From the NCBI RefSeq assembly GCF_001194135.2, contig NC_068982.1, positions 85,052,409 to 85,116,408 of the forward strand: 64,000 bases of DNA, given 5' to 3'. Origin of the DNA: Octopus bimaculoides. Taxonomy: Eukaryota. The stretch's first letter is position 1. Each line of letters starts with the position of its first letter. The notes under the pieces were generated by a model that saw nothing but the letters and a program-made list of their open reading frames with translations, ran no database searches and was not told where the DNA came from. Both the position numbers and the translations under genes were made by a program. Below are positions 49,130 to 60,992 of this stretch, in pieces.

Positions 49130-52100
49130 TCATCATCATCGTTTAATGTTCGTTTTCCATGCTGGCTTGGGCTGGACGGTTTGACTGGGGTCTGAGAAGC
49201 CAGGGGGCTGCACCAGGCCCCAATTTGATCTGGAAGTGTTTCTACAGCTGGATGCCCTTCCTAATGCCAACCACTCCGAGAGTGTAGTAGGTGCTTTTTA
49301 CGTGCCACTGGCACAGGGACCAGAGGAGCTGGTATCGACCACGATCGGATGATGCTTTTTACATGCCACCAGCACGGAAGCGGCACTGGCATCAGCCACC
49401 TTCGGATGGTGCTTTTTACTTGCTACCAGCACAGGACTCACAACTAGAATTTCCATTTGATTTGATTTTGATATTGTTGATGTTGATGTACATGACTCAA
49501 TAGGTCTCCTCAAGCACAGCTTGTTACCCTATGATCCAAGGTACTTTTAAGTGGGCTGGTTATGCAACACTGGTGTAGGTAACAGCTGTGGACTCACTTT
49601 ATTTGCCAGGTCTTCTCAGTCACAGCATACCTCCAGAGGTCTCGGCCTTTTGTCATTGCCTCTGTGAGGTCCAACATTCGAAGGTCATGCTTCACCACCT
49701 CATCCCATGTCTTCCTGGGTCTCCCTCTACCTCGGATTCCTTCTACTGTTTGGGAGTGGCACTTCTTCACACAGCTCTCCTCGGCCATCCTCAGTTCATG
49801 ACCATACCAACACAAACGTCTCTCTTGCACGCCACATCCAATGCTTCTTATGTCTAACATTTCTCTCAGGGCACGTACACTCTGTCATGTGTGCACACTG
49901 ACATTACATATCTAGCGGATCATGCTAGCTTCATTTCTTTCGAGCTTGCGCATGTCTTCAGCAGTCACAGCCCATGTTTCACTGTCGTGAAGTATGGTCG
50001 TTAGCACACATGCATCATACAATCTACCTTTCACTCTGAGCAAGAGGCCCTTTGTCACCAGCAGAGGTAGAAGCTTTCTGAACTTTGCCCAGGCTATTCT
50101 TATTCTAGTGGTAACACTCTCAGAGCATCCACCCCCACTACAGACCTAGGTAGCGGAAGCTATCAATTACTTGTAGTTTCTCTCCTGGCATGTGATGGAG
50201 TCTGTTTTCTGAGCATCTGTGGTGTTTATTGCCCCTGTGCATCTGCTGCATGTGAAAGTTATCTTCCCGGTTAATCTTCCTTTGATGTTGCTGCATCTCT
50301 TATGAGATAGCTTACACTGGGTACATCTTATGGAGTTTTTACTTACACTTTTTCTACAGATCGAGCAGGGCCACCTACTTGAAGGGGTGTGTGATGTGTT
50401 CACCTTCCTGCTTACTAGAACTTTGGTCTTTGCAACATTGACTCTAAGTCCCTTCGATTCCAACCCTTGCTTCCAAACTTGAAGTTTCCCAGGGGCAACC
50501 TGTCTTGAATTCCTGTTATTGCCTGGAGGATTATGATGAATAAGAGGGGGCTGAGGGCTGATCCTTGGTGGACCCCTACTTCTACCAGGAATTCTTCACT
50601 ATACTCATTTCCAATCTTAACCCTACTGACGGCATCTCTGTATAGGGCCTGTACAGCCCTTATTAACCATTCGTCAATCCCCAGTTTCTGCATCGCCCAC
50701 CAGATAAGGGATCAGGGGACACTATCAAAGGCTTTACCCAAGTCAACAAAAGCCAAATATAGGGGTTTATCTTTGGCTATGTATTTCTCCTGCAGCTGTC
50801 TTACCAGGAATATAGCATCAGTGGTGCTTCTACCTAGCACAAAACCGAACTGCATCTCATCTAAGCGGATTCTCTCCTGGATTAGTTGGGCTATGACCCT
50901 CTCCATGACCTTCATCACCTGATCCAGCAGTTTGATACCTCTGTAGTTATTTCTATTTAAAGCATCACCTTTACCTTTGGAGCAGTTGACTACGGTGCTG
51001 CTATGCCAGTTATTGGGTATGACTCCATCATGAACTACCTGGTTTACAATACAGGTGACTAGGCCATAGCCAACACCATCAGATATTTTAAGCATCTTAG
51101 CAGTGACTCCTGATGGGCAGGGGGCTTTTCCTGGCTTCATATTCTTAATTGCTTTATCTACCAGGGTGCTGTCTATTCAGATAGCTGGTCCCTCTACTGG
51201 ATCAACATTTGGCAGGCTCTACTCCTCCCACTCATTCTCCACGTTCAACAGTCTTTCATAATGGCTCCTCCAAGCCTCTTTCTTTTCTGAATCAGTAAAA
51301 GTAAGTACACCATCATCCATGAAGACACATTTCTCTCCTGTAACATCACAATTTTCCCTCACACACTGTCTTGCAATCCGGAATGCTTCAGTTCTTTGGT
51401 CCACACGTCGCTGGGCACTGGCAAACTTCTTCTTTTCTGCTTCGCCCTTGATTATGTATACCTGTCGCCCAGCCTCCCGTTTGGCTATCTGGTACAGTTC
51501 CCTACTACCCCCACCCTTCCAGGCTTTCCAGGGTTGTTTCTTTGCTCTGGTGACTTTGTCTACCGTATCATTCCACCACCACATTGCTCTAGGTCTGGAA
51601 GGGACTTTGCACCATCTGCAGACTTGGTCTGTGGCACTCAGTAAGCCGTTCCATACGAATTTCCAGCTACCTTCTATGTCTGAGGACTGTAGTTCCTCCT
51701 CCCTCTCATCAAATTTCTTGATGAGGATGTCCCTAAATCTGACCATGTAAAGGGTTCTTTAGCTTCCAAATCCTTCTCTTCTGAATTGGCTTGCTTCTTG
51801 GCATCCTCCTGGTCTCGAATCAAAAGTCACTAATGACTAGTCTACGCTGAGGGGTGCATTCTTCATCTGGGAGGGTCTTTGCATTTAAGTGCAACCCTGC
51901 GTCCTGCTGTCTGGCGAGGATGAAATCAATCTGGCTAACAAAGTCCCCTGATTGATAGGTTATCAGGTGGCTGTCTGGCTTCCTGAACTTAGTGTTGTAG
52001 ATTAAAAGGTTACATGCATCACAGAACTCCAGTAGCCTAGTTCCCTCATCGTTCCAGGAACCAATACCATGGCCCTCATGTACACCAGTGAAGATACTGG

Positions 52101-52160
52101 ATTTCCGCCCAACATGCCCATTAAAATCTTCAGCACCAGAAAAGAAGAGGCAGGTTGTCG
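49130..52160 (-). mobile_element. Relatively young RTE-clade LINE (APE part, RT, 3' UTR with minisatellite), frameshifted
   Basis: Long ORFs KPGKAPCPSG...NYRGIKLLDQVMKVMERV...QFGFVLGRSTTDAIF...FVDLGKAFD, VGVHQGSALSPLLF and RRLCWYGHELRM; (CAT)n 3' end. Confidence 0.95.
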
Positions 52161-52574
52161 TGTTCGTTTTTTAGGCATGCTTCACCTGTTCTCACCTCCA
52201 ACCTGACAACATTCAAATATTCAAGTGTGTTAAGATTGTTTCCCCTACTGGAGGTAGGAGCAGGTATTAGCGGCATTGTAAGCATAAACATTATGGTCAT
52301 CGAATAATGTAAATTTAAGCGGTGCAACAGAATATGGATATTCCAATGTTAGATTAGGTGAGGAGTCAGCTAAAACTGGTTGCGTTTGTCCAGGAAGAGG
52401 GGGATTACAGGTATGATGGAAGGTACCACCAGTAGGGAAGTGTTCAGACAGAGAGAGAAGAAACAAGCTCATTCCTACATACACACAAGCACACCCACAC
52501 ACAGGAACAAGCACACATGGACAGCCGAATAGCTTTCTCCTTCACTTGATAAGGCCAAGGAAAATTCCTGGGTA

Positions 52575-52920
52575 GTTGTTGACATGTTTCTAGATGGAAC
52601 GAAAATGAAACGAAAGATAGCCGGTTAAGTAGGTGGGCAGATAACCTGGTTGCATTAGTCCCAGAAGAGAGATAGAGAGGGAGAGAGATAGAGAAAGAGA
52701 GATAGAGAAAGAGAGAGTGCAGGTAATATAGGGAACAGCACCAGTGAGGAGGGGGAATTGAGAGAAGAGACATCTGGTGATGGTGGTGACAAATTTCTAG
52801 ACAGAACGAAATGAAAGATAGCTGGTTAAGTAGGTGGGTGGATGGGCAGCTGGGCTAGTTGCATTTGTCCCAGGAGAGAAAGAGTGCAGGTAATATATAG
52901 AGAACAGCACAGTGAGAAGG
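52575..52920. repeat. ~210-bp imperfect tandem duplication with GA microsatellite
   Basis: tttctaga...aacgaaa..gaaagatagc.ggttaagtaggtggg...gttgcatt.gtcccag...gagtgcaggtaatata occurs twice; adjoins the RTE 5' region. Confidence 0.65.
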
Positions 52921-53399
52921 AGGGGTTGGGAGAATAGACATCAGGTAATGGTGGTGGGAGGAGAGAAAGATATCCAGTGTAGATGGTGGGAAGACAAGAG
53001 ATATCCGGCATTGGTAGTGGGGGTGGGAAAGGGTGGGCATACTGCGAACAAGCAAGTTTAGTTTGGGGGCATAGTAAGAGGGACGAAAATAATGGTAATA
53101 ATAATGAAATTAAACAGACTGAGAAATGAGTAATTATCTTAATGAAATACATGAGAGATAAAATTATATATATATATAGGTGAGAAAGTTGGTATGTGAA
53201 AGCACATGGTTGGATGTATAAAAGATAATAAGAGTGAAAAAACTACAGAAGGCTTGTGTTACATGGTTAAAGTATATATTTAAATTATGTNNNNNNNNNN
53301 NNNNNNNNNNNNNNNNNNNNNNNNNNNNNNNNNNNNNNNNNNNNNNNNNNNNNNNNNNNNNNNNNNNNNNNNNNNNNNNNNNNNNNNNNNNNNNNNNNG

Positions 53400-54316
53400 A
53401 AATAACCGGTTTCATGTTGTCTTTTCAAATTTCTCTACTTCATTGTAACATGTGTTCGCTCCAGTCTGAAAAGAAAAGTTCTAGATAGGGGGAGGTAATT
53501 AGGGATTTCTTCCGGTATAAGGGAGTTAATCGAAATCTAGGAGCTGGTAGAATTTGATTAATTTACCATGGTTTTGTTCTATATTTTTTTCCCTCTCAGT
53601 GGGGTGATGAATTTCCTTATTTAAATGTGTTAGCAATGGTTAAGTTTGGGTTTGTATTTTTGAATGAAAAAGGTTTCCTTATTTAATCTAATTTGTGTTG
53701 GTGTTCTAATGGCACATTGATAGAAAGGAAAGATTATAAATTGTGGTAGTATTTGTTTTGCGCATTTCTCAATATGCTCACTAAGAGGTATCATTCGGTA
53801 TTCTGGGCATGCAATCTGCTGTCGATGCAGAGTGCATCTGCGTCTGAGCGATAATCCTGTGGACCTTATGTAGTTTTCATGGCAGCCCGAGCATCTTATT
53901 ACATAAATAAGGTTTTCTGAGGCACAATTAAAGTCAGAACATGCCCAAACATTCTAGAAGGTTCAGAATTCCTCTTCAAAGAGGGACAAAAATTCAAAGT
54001 TAAATCTGACTTTACTTGTGCCTCAGAAAACCTTATTTATGTAATAAGATGCTCGGGCTGCCACGAAAATTACATAGGGTCCACAGGATTATCGCTCAGA
54101 TGCAGATGCAGTCTGCATTGACAGCAGATTGCATGAAGAATACCGAATGATACCTCTTAGTGAGCATATTGAGAAATGCGCAAAACAAATGCTACCACAA
54201 TTTATAATCTTTCCTTTCTATCAATGTGCCATTAGAACACTAACACAAATTAGATTAAATAAGGAAACCTTTTTCATTCAAAAATACAAACCCAAACTTA
54301 ACCATTGCTAACACAT
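53400..54316. mobile_element. Penelope-like GIY-YIG 3' ends in inverted (head-to-head) arrangement
   Basis: Arms 53625-53938 and 54005-54316 are near-identical reverse complements. The right arm encodes TCPNILEGSEF...FTCASENLIYVIRCSGCHENYIGSTG...RLNKETFFIQKYKPKLN. Confidence 0.9.
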
Positions 54317-54679
54317 NNNNNNNNNNNNNNNNNNNNNNNNNNNNNNNNNNNNNNNNNNNNNNNNNNNNNNNNNNNNNNNNNNNNNNNNNNNNNNNNNNNN
54401 NNNNNNNNNNNNNNNNNNNNNNNNNNNNNNNNNNNNNNNNNNNNNNNNNNNNNNNNNNNNNNNNNNNNNNNNNNNNNNNNNNNNNNNNNNNNNNNNNNNN
54501 NNNNNNNNNNNNNNNNNNNNNNNNNNNNNNNNNNNNNNNNNNNNNNNNNNNNNNNNNNNNNNNNNNNNNNNNNNNNNNNNNNNNNNNNNNNNNNNNNNNN
54601 NNNNNNNNNNNNNNNNNNNNNNNNNNNNNNNNNNNNNNNNNATATATATATATATATATACTTCTAACATACATTCTTA

Positions 54680-55080
54680 CTATTTATAATTCATCATCAT
54701 CATTTAACAGCTGGATTAGACGGTTTGACTGGAGCTGATGAGCTGGAGAGCTGCACCAGATTCCAGTTCAATTTGGCATGATTTCTACAGCTGGATGCCC
54801 TTCCTAATGCCAACCACTCCAGGAGTGTAATGGGAGCTTTTATGTGCCACTAGCATGGGTGCCGTTTACATAGCACCGCCAGTGACCACAATTTCTAGGT
54901 GCCAATTTACATGGCACTGGCAGCAAACAACCATGACTATGCCATTTACATGGCACCGGCAATGACCATGACCAAAATACATGTGCGCCATTTACATGAC
55001 ACAGGCATGGCCATAACTATGATTTCACTTGCCCTTATGTCTTCTCACACACAGCATATCGCCAGAGCTCTTGGTCACAC
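54680..55080 (-). mobile_element. RTE-type 3' tail/SINE with minisatellite
   Basis: catcatcatttaacagctgg...ttctacagctggatgcccttcctaatgccaaccac; gcca(a)tttacatggcac repeats. Confidence 0.7.
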
Positions 55081-55149
55081 AGACACATGTATGTACTTCT
55101 TACATGCAATAAATATGATAAGGAAACATTAAATTTTTGTTTGTAAATT

Positions 55150-55850
55150 GCTTTTACAAAACTGCACAAATGAGCATTTTAGCTTGTGATTGCATCAAAT
55201 AATGCTTTCAAAGTACCTAATCACAATTTTATCTGTATACATTAAAATATATAGTGCCACCTCAGAACAGAGATTGTAAGATCTTAAAAATGCATTGTAC
55301 GGATATTCATCTTTTATTACGCTGCATGTGGTGTTGTACTGCATTTTTCCTTTCTAAAGTTTCCAAACCAGGTCAGCGAATGCTGTGCAGTGTTTTCTGT
55401 TAATGTTTTAATGGTGCCATGTGGTTCCAATATCAACTTTGGAAGCAATCTATGGTTGCACCAATATATACAAATGCATCTGAGAGCCTGCTAACAGTAC
55501 ATTTGTATGTTACATTGTTATGAAGGCATTCATTTCCCAGGGGACAGCCGTTCCTGTGCTTATAATTACATTTCTTTACCACACTGTTTCTCTTCTTCAC
55601 AATTTTTCCTTTATTGCTTCTATGGTTATTATTAGTGCTGTTGATATACCCTTTATTATTATCTTTGCTGCTATTTCCAGTACTACTATTATTGAGATTT
55701 TTAGCATTTCAATTTTTATTGTCGGTAAACTGCTGATAATGAAACATCACTATAAGTATGCATTTTCACACTGAGTGAAATGATGGTAAGATCTAATGAA
55801 GGACTTATTTAAACAATCACTGTGAATGCATGATCATGATTACACAATGT
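55150..55850 (-). mobile_element. Penelope-like GIY-YIG endonuclease fragment
   Basis: KCNYKHRNGCPLGNECLHNNVTYKCTV...FVYIGAT matches the PLE C.C....CPL...CL....Y.....YIG.T motif. Confidence 0.85.
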
Positions 55851-55964
55851 CTCACCAATGTACTACAGGTGTAAAAATGTGTTGAAACAATTTTAGTGAT
55901 TTTAAATGAAGAATGTCATTCAACCTCTTTTTTATATCATTTATTTATTTGTATTAATTCTACA

Positions 55965-56340
55965 GATAGGCACAGGTGTAGTTGTGTGGTATAAAGCTTG
56001 CTTCCCAACCACATGGTTCTGGGTTCAGTCCCACTGCATGGCATCTTGGGCAAGTGTCTTTTAATATAGCCTCGGCCTAACCAAAGCTTTGTGAGTGGAT
56101 TTGGCAGATGGAAACTGAAAAGAAGCCCATCGTGTTCATATATGTGTGTGTGTGTGTATTTACGTGTGTATCTTTGTGTCTGTGTTTGTACTCCCACCAT
56201 CGCTTGACAACTAATGCTGGTGTGTTTATGTCCTCGGTTCAGCAAAAGAGACTGATAAAATAAGTATCAGGTTACATAGAATAAGTGCTGGAGTCAATTT
56301 CTTCAACTAAAAATGTGGTGCTCCAGCATAGCTACAGTCT
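55965..56340 (+). mobile_element. CORE-type tRNA-derived SINE
   Basis: tRNA-like head (gtgtggtataaagcttgcttcccaaccacatggttctgggttcagtccc), CORE-like gcatcttgggcaagtgtctt, (TG)n and 3' tail. Confidence 0.8.
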
Positions 56341-59300
56341 GATGACAGCAAGTAGCTAATAACTGGACAAGCTTTGCATAGTATCCTATCAAGGTTTTTA
56401 CCTGAATCTTATTCAACTACATATGTACATATATGTATATACATGTATATGTAAGTGTAATGTGTATGTGTATGCATATATGAGAATGCATGTGTGAATG
56501 TCAGTCTATGTGTATATATGTGCTTATATTTATATATGTATATGAGTATGCACCATGTATGCAAAAATATATACATTTCTTTCTTTTGTATTTTCTTTTG
56601 ACATTATTGTGTAGCATATACCAACCTATACTTGTATCACTAACATGTGTAAAGGCCCTCAGGAATCTGTTTGTGAAATTGCCTTCAGGAATCTGTGAAA
56701 GTCTACTTCTTCATAGATGCTGAACAGTCCCCCAGATACACTTTTACTCCTTTCAAGTTCATAAACTTTGAACAACAATGATAAATGTTGGCATAATGAA
56801 AGGTAAGTCAGGTAAGATTATTGAAATGTTAGAGCAGAAGCATGTATATGTGTGCTGTGTGCAAGAGGGACGATAGAAGAAAGCCTCAACTAGACTGCTC
56901 ATGGGCAAGGAACATAGATACAAATTCTTGGATGGGCAGTAGTGACAGTGTGGGTGGTGTAGGTATATTTTGTCAAAGAAATGGATTGACAAAGTGATCA
57001 AGGTAGTCAAGGGGTATAATAGGATTATTAAGCTAAGACTAGTTTTAGATAATGCAATAACGATATTTATCTTTGCATACGTTCCACACATTGGACTGGC
57101 AGATGAACAAAAGCACTGTTTCAAATAGCTCCCATTGCACACTACCTTGATGATGAAAGAAAATGAACTTACCATCATGGCTAGTGATTTCAATGGAGAT
57201 ACTGGGCAGTACCCCAATGGATTTCATGGCATGCATGGAGATTACTGCTTTAGTTTTAGAAATGAGGTGGGAACAAAACTACTGGAATTCTGTGATGCAA
57301 ATGACTTGTTGAAGTACAAAACTAACTTCAGGAAACCAGCCAGTCACCTAATCACCTATCAATCTGAAGGCACTCAAACCAGATTGACTACATTCTCACT
57401 AGAAACAGAGATAGGTGGATGCTTGTAAATTCCTCAGTGAGGAATGAACAAGTCAGTAACATCATACTTAGAGCTTAAAGGACTCAGAGACACAAAACAG
57501 TTTGGAAAAGGAAGATATGGAAGCTTAAAGACTTGTCAAAAAGTAAAAAAATTAGAGATGTTCTAATTAAGCATTTGACAAGGAGGAGATAGAAACATAT
57601 AACATAGAGAGGACATTTGGAAGTTCTTATGAGGTAAGCTACTGAGGGCTAGAGACTAAATCTGTGGCTACTGCAAAGTTTCAGTCAGATGAAAGGTAAC
57701 ATGGTAGTGGAACAATGAGGTAGATGGGGTTATAAAAGTGAATCTAGAGAGATTAGAAGTATGGAGGTAACAGAGAATTATACTAGGTAGCTAGAGGGGA
57801 AGCTAGGCAACATGTTTATTTAGCAAGAACAGAAGCAGAAATGAAGAGGTTTGTCAATGTCTTACAACATGAGGACGAGTGGCATGAAGGAAGTGTTCTA
57901 GATTGCAAGACAGTTTATAAGATAGAATCAAGATGCTGTGGGAGAGAGATGTATATGGATGGATAATAGCATGCCAGCACTCAGTAATTCTGAAAAGAAA
58001 GTGGCATGATAGTGCCACTATGAAAGGCTACATTTGTGGGAAATGCAAGCGATGAAGAGAATTTCCCTAATGTTGATCCAAGGGATTAGCCATCTGAGTT
58101 GACAGCAGTATGATAGATAAGGCAATGAAGGATATGAAGACAGGGAAGGTCCCTGGTCTATCAGAAATTTGATGCATAAAATATCTGGCAGAGTAGGATA
58201 TGGTTTAGTCACTGTATAGTTAATTGGGTTATATTGGATGGTGTTATACACAATGATTGGTGCAGCAGCATTATTGTCAGTTGTTACACGAGTAAAGGAG
58301 ATGCCTTAGAAATAGTTATAGAGATATCAAATTGATGAACCAGGAGCAGAATTAGACAAGATGAGATGCAGTTTGGTTTTATGCAAGAGAAAAATACTAC
58401 TGGTTCTAGGTTCCTAGACAAATTCATAAAAGTATTTAGTTAAGAGTAAAACACTGTACTTGGCTTTTGTTGACCAGGAGAAAACCTTCAACAGAATTCC
58501 TATTTCTGTGCTATTGTAGTCTCTGAGGAAGCTAGGGATAGATAAATGACTTGTGGAAGCTTTTCAAGCCATGTGCAGGGGTGCAGTCAGTAAGGTGAGA
58601 GTTAGTAATGAATTCAGCAATTAATATAAAGTACAGGTAGGAGCGTGCCAGGGCTTGGTTCTCAGTCAACTTCTATTCAGACTGTAATGGAGGAATGTAA
58701 GACTGGCTGCCTCTGGGAAATACAATATGGTGATGATCTCATTCTCATACTGGAATCTGAAATAGAATTTTAAAAAGCAATTCCTAGTGTGGAAGCAAAA
58801 CCTAGAATCAAAGAGCCTTAAACCTTTTGATACGAACCTGGCCATAGCCAGCCGAAAAATTTTGTTGTTCAAACGACCAGCCCAGTCATAAGTATCCATT
58901 ATTATTTAAATGTGAATTTGAACAGAAATCTTATTAGTACATTCATGAAAAGATGTGATTTCACTTTGTAAATAGCTGAGTTATAGTATCCAACATTGTT
59001 TGATGTGATATCTGAACTCAATGAATTTTGGGAGATATTTTTTCCACATTTTTTCCGCATCGATTTTTTTCAACTTTGAAAATAGATAGGAGTTTCATGC
59101 TATCAAGCAGTGATTCCGAATTTGAAGGTGTTTCAATGGAAGATATGGAGATATCAAGAAAAAGAATGAATGAAGTACAAAAGCATGTGGTGTATGAGAA
59201 TGAATCAGATATTTCTGAAAGCAGCGATTCTGAAGAAATTGAAAGCAGCGATAGCGACAGCGTGACGATTTACATCAGAATAAAGTAAAAAGTTTAAAAA

Positions 59301-60659
59301 CATTTTTATTAACAATTTTTCTGAGGAGACAGGGTCTACCCATAGTCTTTCTCAGGAAGTGAAACCATTAGACTTTTTCTTCTTTTTTTTTCCAGTATGC
59401 TTGTTTGAAGCCATCACTGCAGAAACAAACTGTTATGCAGAATATAAACCAACTGGAAAAAAAGATAGCTTGTGGTTTCCCACAACTGTAGAAGAAATAC
59501 GGGCATTTCTTTTGCCATAAATATCATTATGGGTATAAGACAATTACCCAAGATTACAAATTACTAGAGCAATCAGGAACCTTTTTTGGCGATCAGTATG
59601 TTTCCAGTATTATGTCACGAATACGATTTGTGAAACTGAACCAATATTTACATGTGAGAGACACTAGCAGTACCCCAGTACATGGAGAACCTAACTTTGA
59701 TCCCTTATTTAAAATAAGACCCCTTATCGACTGCGTTCAAAATGCATCTAAAACACTTTACAATCCTGAGAGATACTTATCCGTCGATGAAGGCATGGTG
59801 GGGTATAAAGGAAGGGTAGGCTTCCAATAGTATATGCCAGAAAAGCCCATGAAGTGGAGGATCAAAGTTTGGAAAATTTGTGAAGTAAATACTGGGTACT
59901 GCAGTGGATTTAGTTTTTATACTGGGAAAAGAGACAATAATGTTAGTCAGCATGGCCTAGAGTATGGTGTGGTCTGGAATTTATCACTTCCATACCATAA
60001 CCAGGACTGTATATTATTTTTTGACCGATTTTTTAGTTCGGTCAAACTTGCAGGAAAGCTGTGACAATGTATACGTGTGCTACAGTAACTGTTAGCAGAA
60101 AAGGGCTACCGTTGGATATAAAAAAATCAAAATTTAAAAGAAGAGGTGAAATAATCCAATAGCAGAAAGGAAATCTGCTAGTGACTGCACACAGAGATAA
60201 GAGGCAGATAAATTTTCTATCTAGTGGTGCACAACCATGTGTGGATGAAAATGGCACCCCATTTCTGAACCTCAATTATAACAGGTGTGGATCGGCTGAA
60301 CTAAATGATGAGTTATTATCTAGTTGGTATTATCTACCTGGTTCGGTATATAGTAAACATGAGCATTGTAAATGCTTTTATATTATATACCAAATCAGGA
60401 GCGGCTTGCAAGCAGTGCGACCATCTGCAGTTCTGAGCAGATGTAGCAACACAGTTGAAGGCAAGTTACTCTTCAAAAAAAATAACGACAAGAAGGAAAA
60501 GCAAAACCTGCCAGAGAGATATCCCTCTGAGTTCAGCCAATCTCCGTAAATTAGAAAAAATTGAGAGTTGCAAAAGGCAGTGTCATGAATGTCTACATCA
60601 ACAAAGAAAACTCTCAGTGGACGGCCAGTTGAAATTTCTTTCTAATGTGCATTCTGCAA

Positions 60660-60779
60660 GCTTATGGCCATATCATGTTGAAAGCACCGGTTCTGGTCCA
60701 ATTACGGGAGTTAAGCAATGTCAAGCCTAGTGAATACTTAGATGGGTGATTATTTGGGAAACCTGGGTGCTGTAAGCAT
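60660..60779 (+). pseudogene. Full-length 5S rRNA-derived sequence (retroposed; head of chimeric SINE)
   Basis: gcttatggccatatcatgttgaaagcaccggttctggtccaattacgggagttaagcaatgtcaagcctagtgaatacttagatgggtgattatttgggaaacctgggtgctgtaagcat follows the 120-nt 5S consensus with many transitions. Confidence 0.9.
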
Positions 60780-60992
60780 CTCGCACTTTAAGGTGGAAAG
60801 CTGGCAGAAACGTTAGCACGCCGGGCCAAATGCTTAGCAGTATGTCGTCTGTTCAAATTCAGCCAAGGTCGACTTTATCTTTCATCCTTTCAGGTCAATA
60901 AAATAAGTACCAGTTGCAGACTGGGGTTGATCTAATTGTCTGCCCCACCCTACCCCAAAAAAATTTCGGGCCTTGTGCCTAGAGTAGAAAAG
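60661..60992 (+). mobile_element. 5S rRNA + tRNA-SINE chimeric retroposon with 17-bp TSD
   Basis: aatgtgcattctgcaag occurs at 60644-60660 and 60993-61009. 60790-60992 is the SINE family also seen at 25445. Confidence 0.88.

Noticed and set aside
53400-53465. Hammerhead remnant on the minus strand (atgtt...aacat-GAAA-CCGG-TT)
   Set aside because: The CUGANGA core is not recognisable and the stem I partner is lost in the adjacent gap.
60660-60779. Functional 5S rRNA gene
   Set aside because: Many substitutions, no oligo-T terminator, fused to a SINE and flanked by a TSD inside a transposon.
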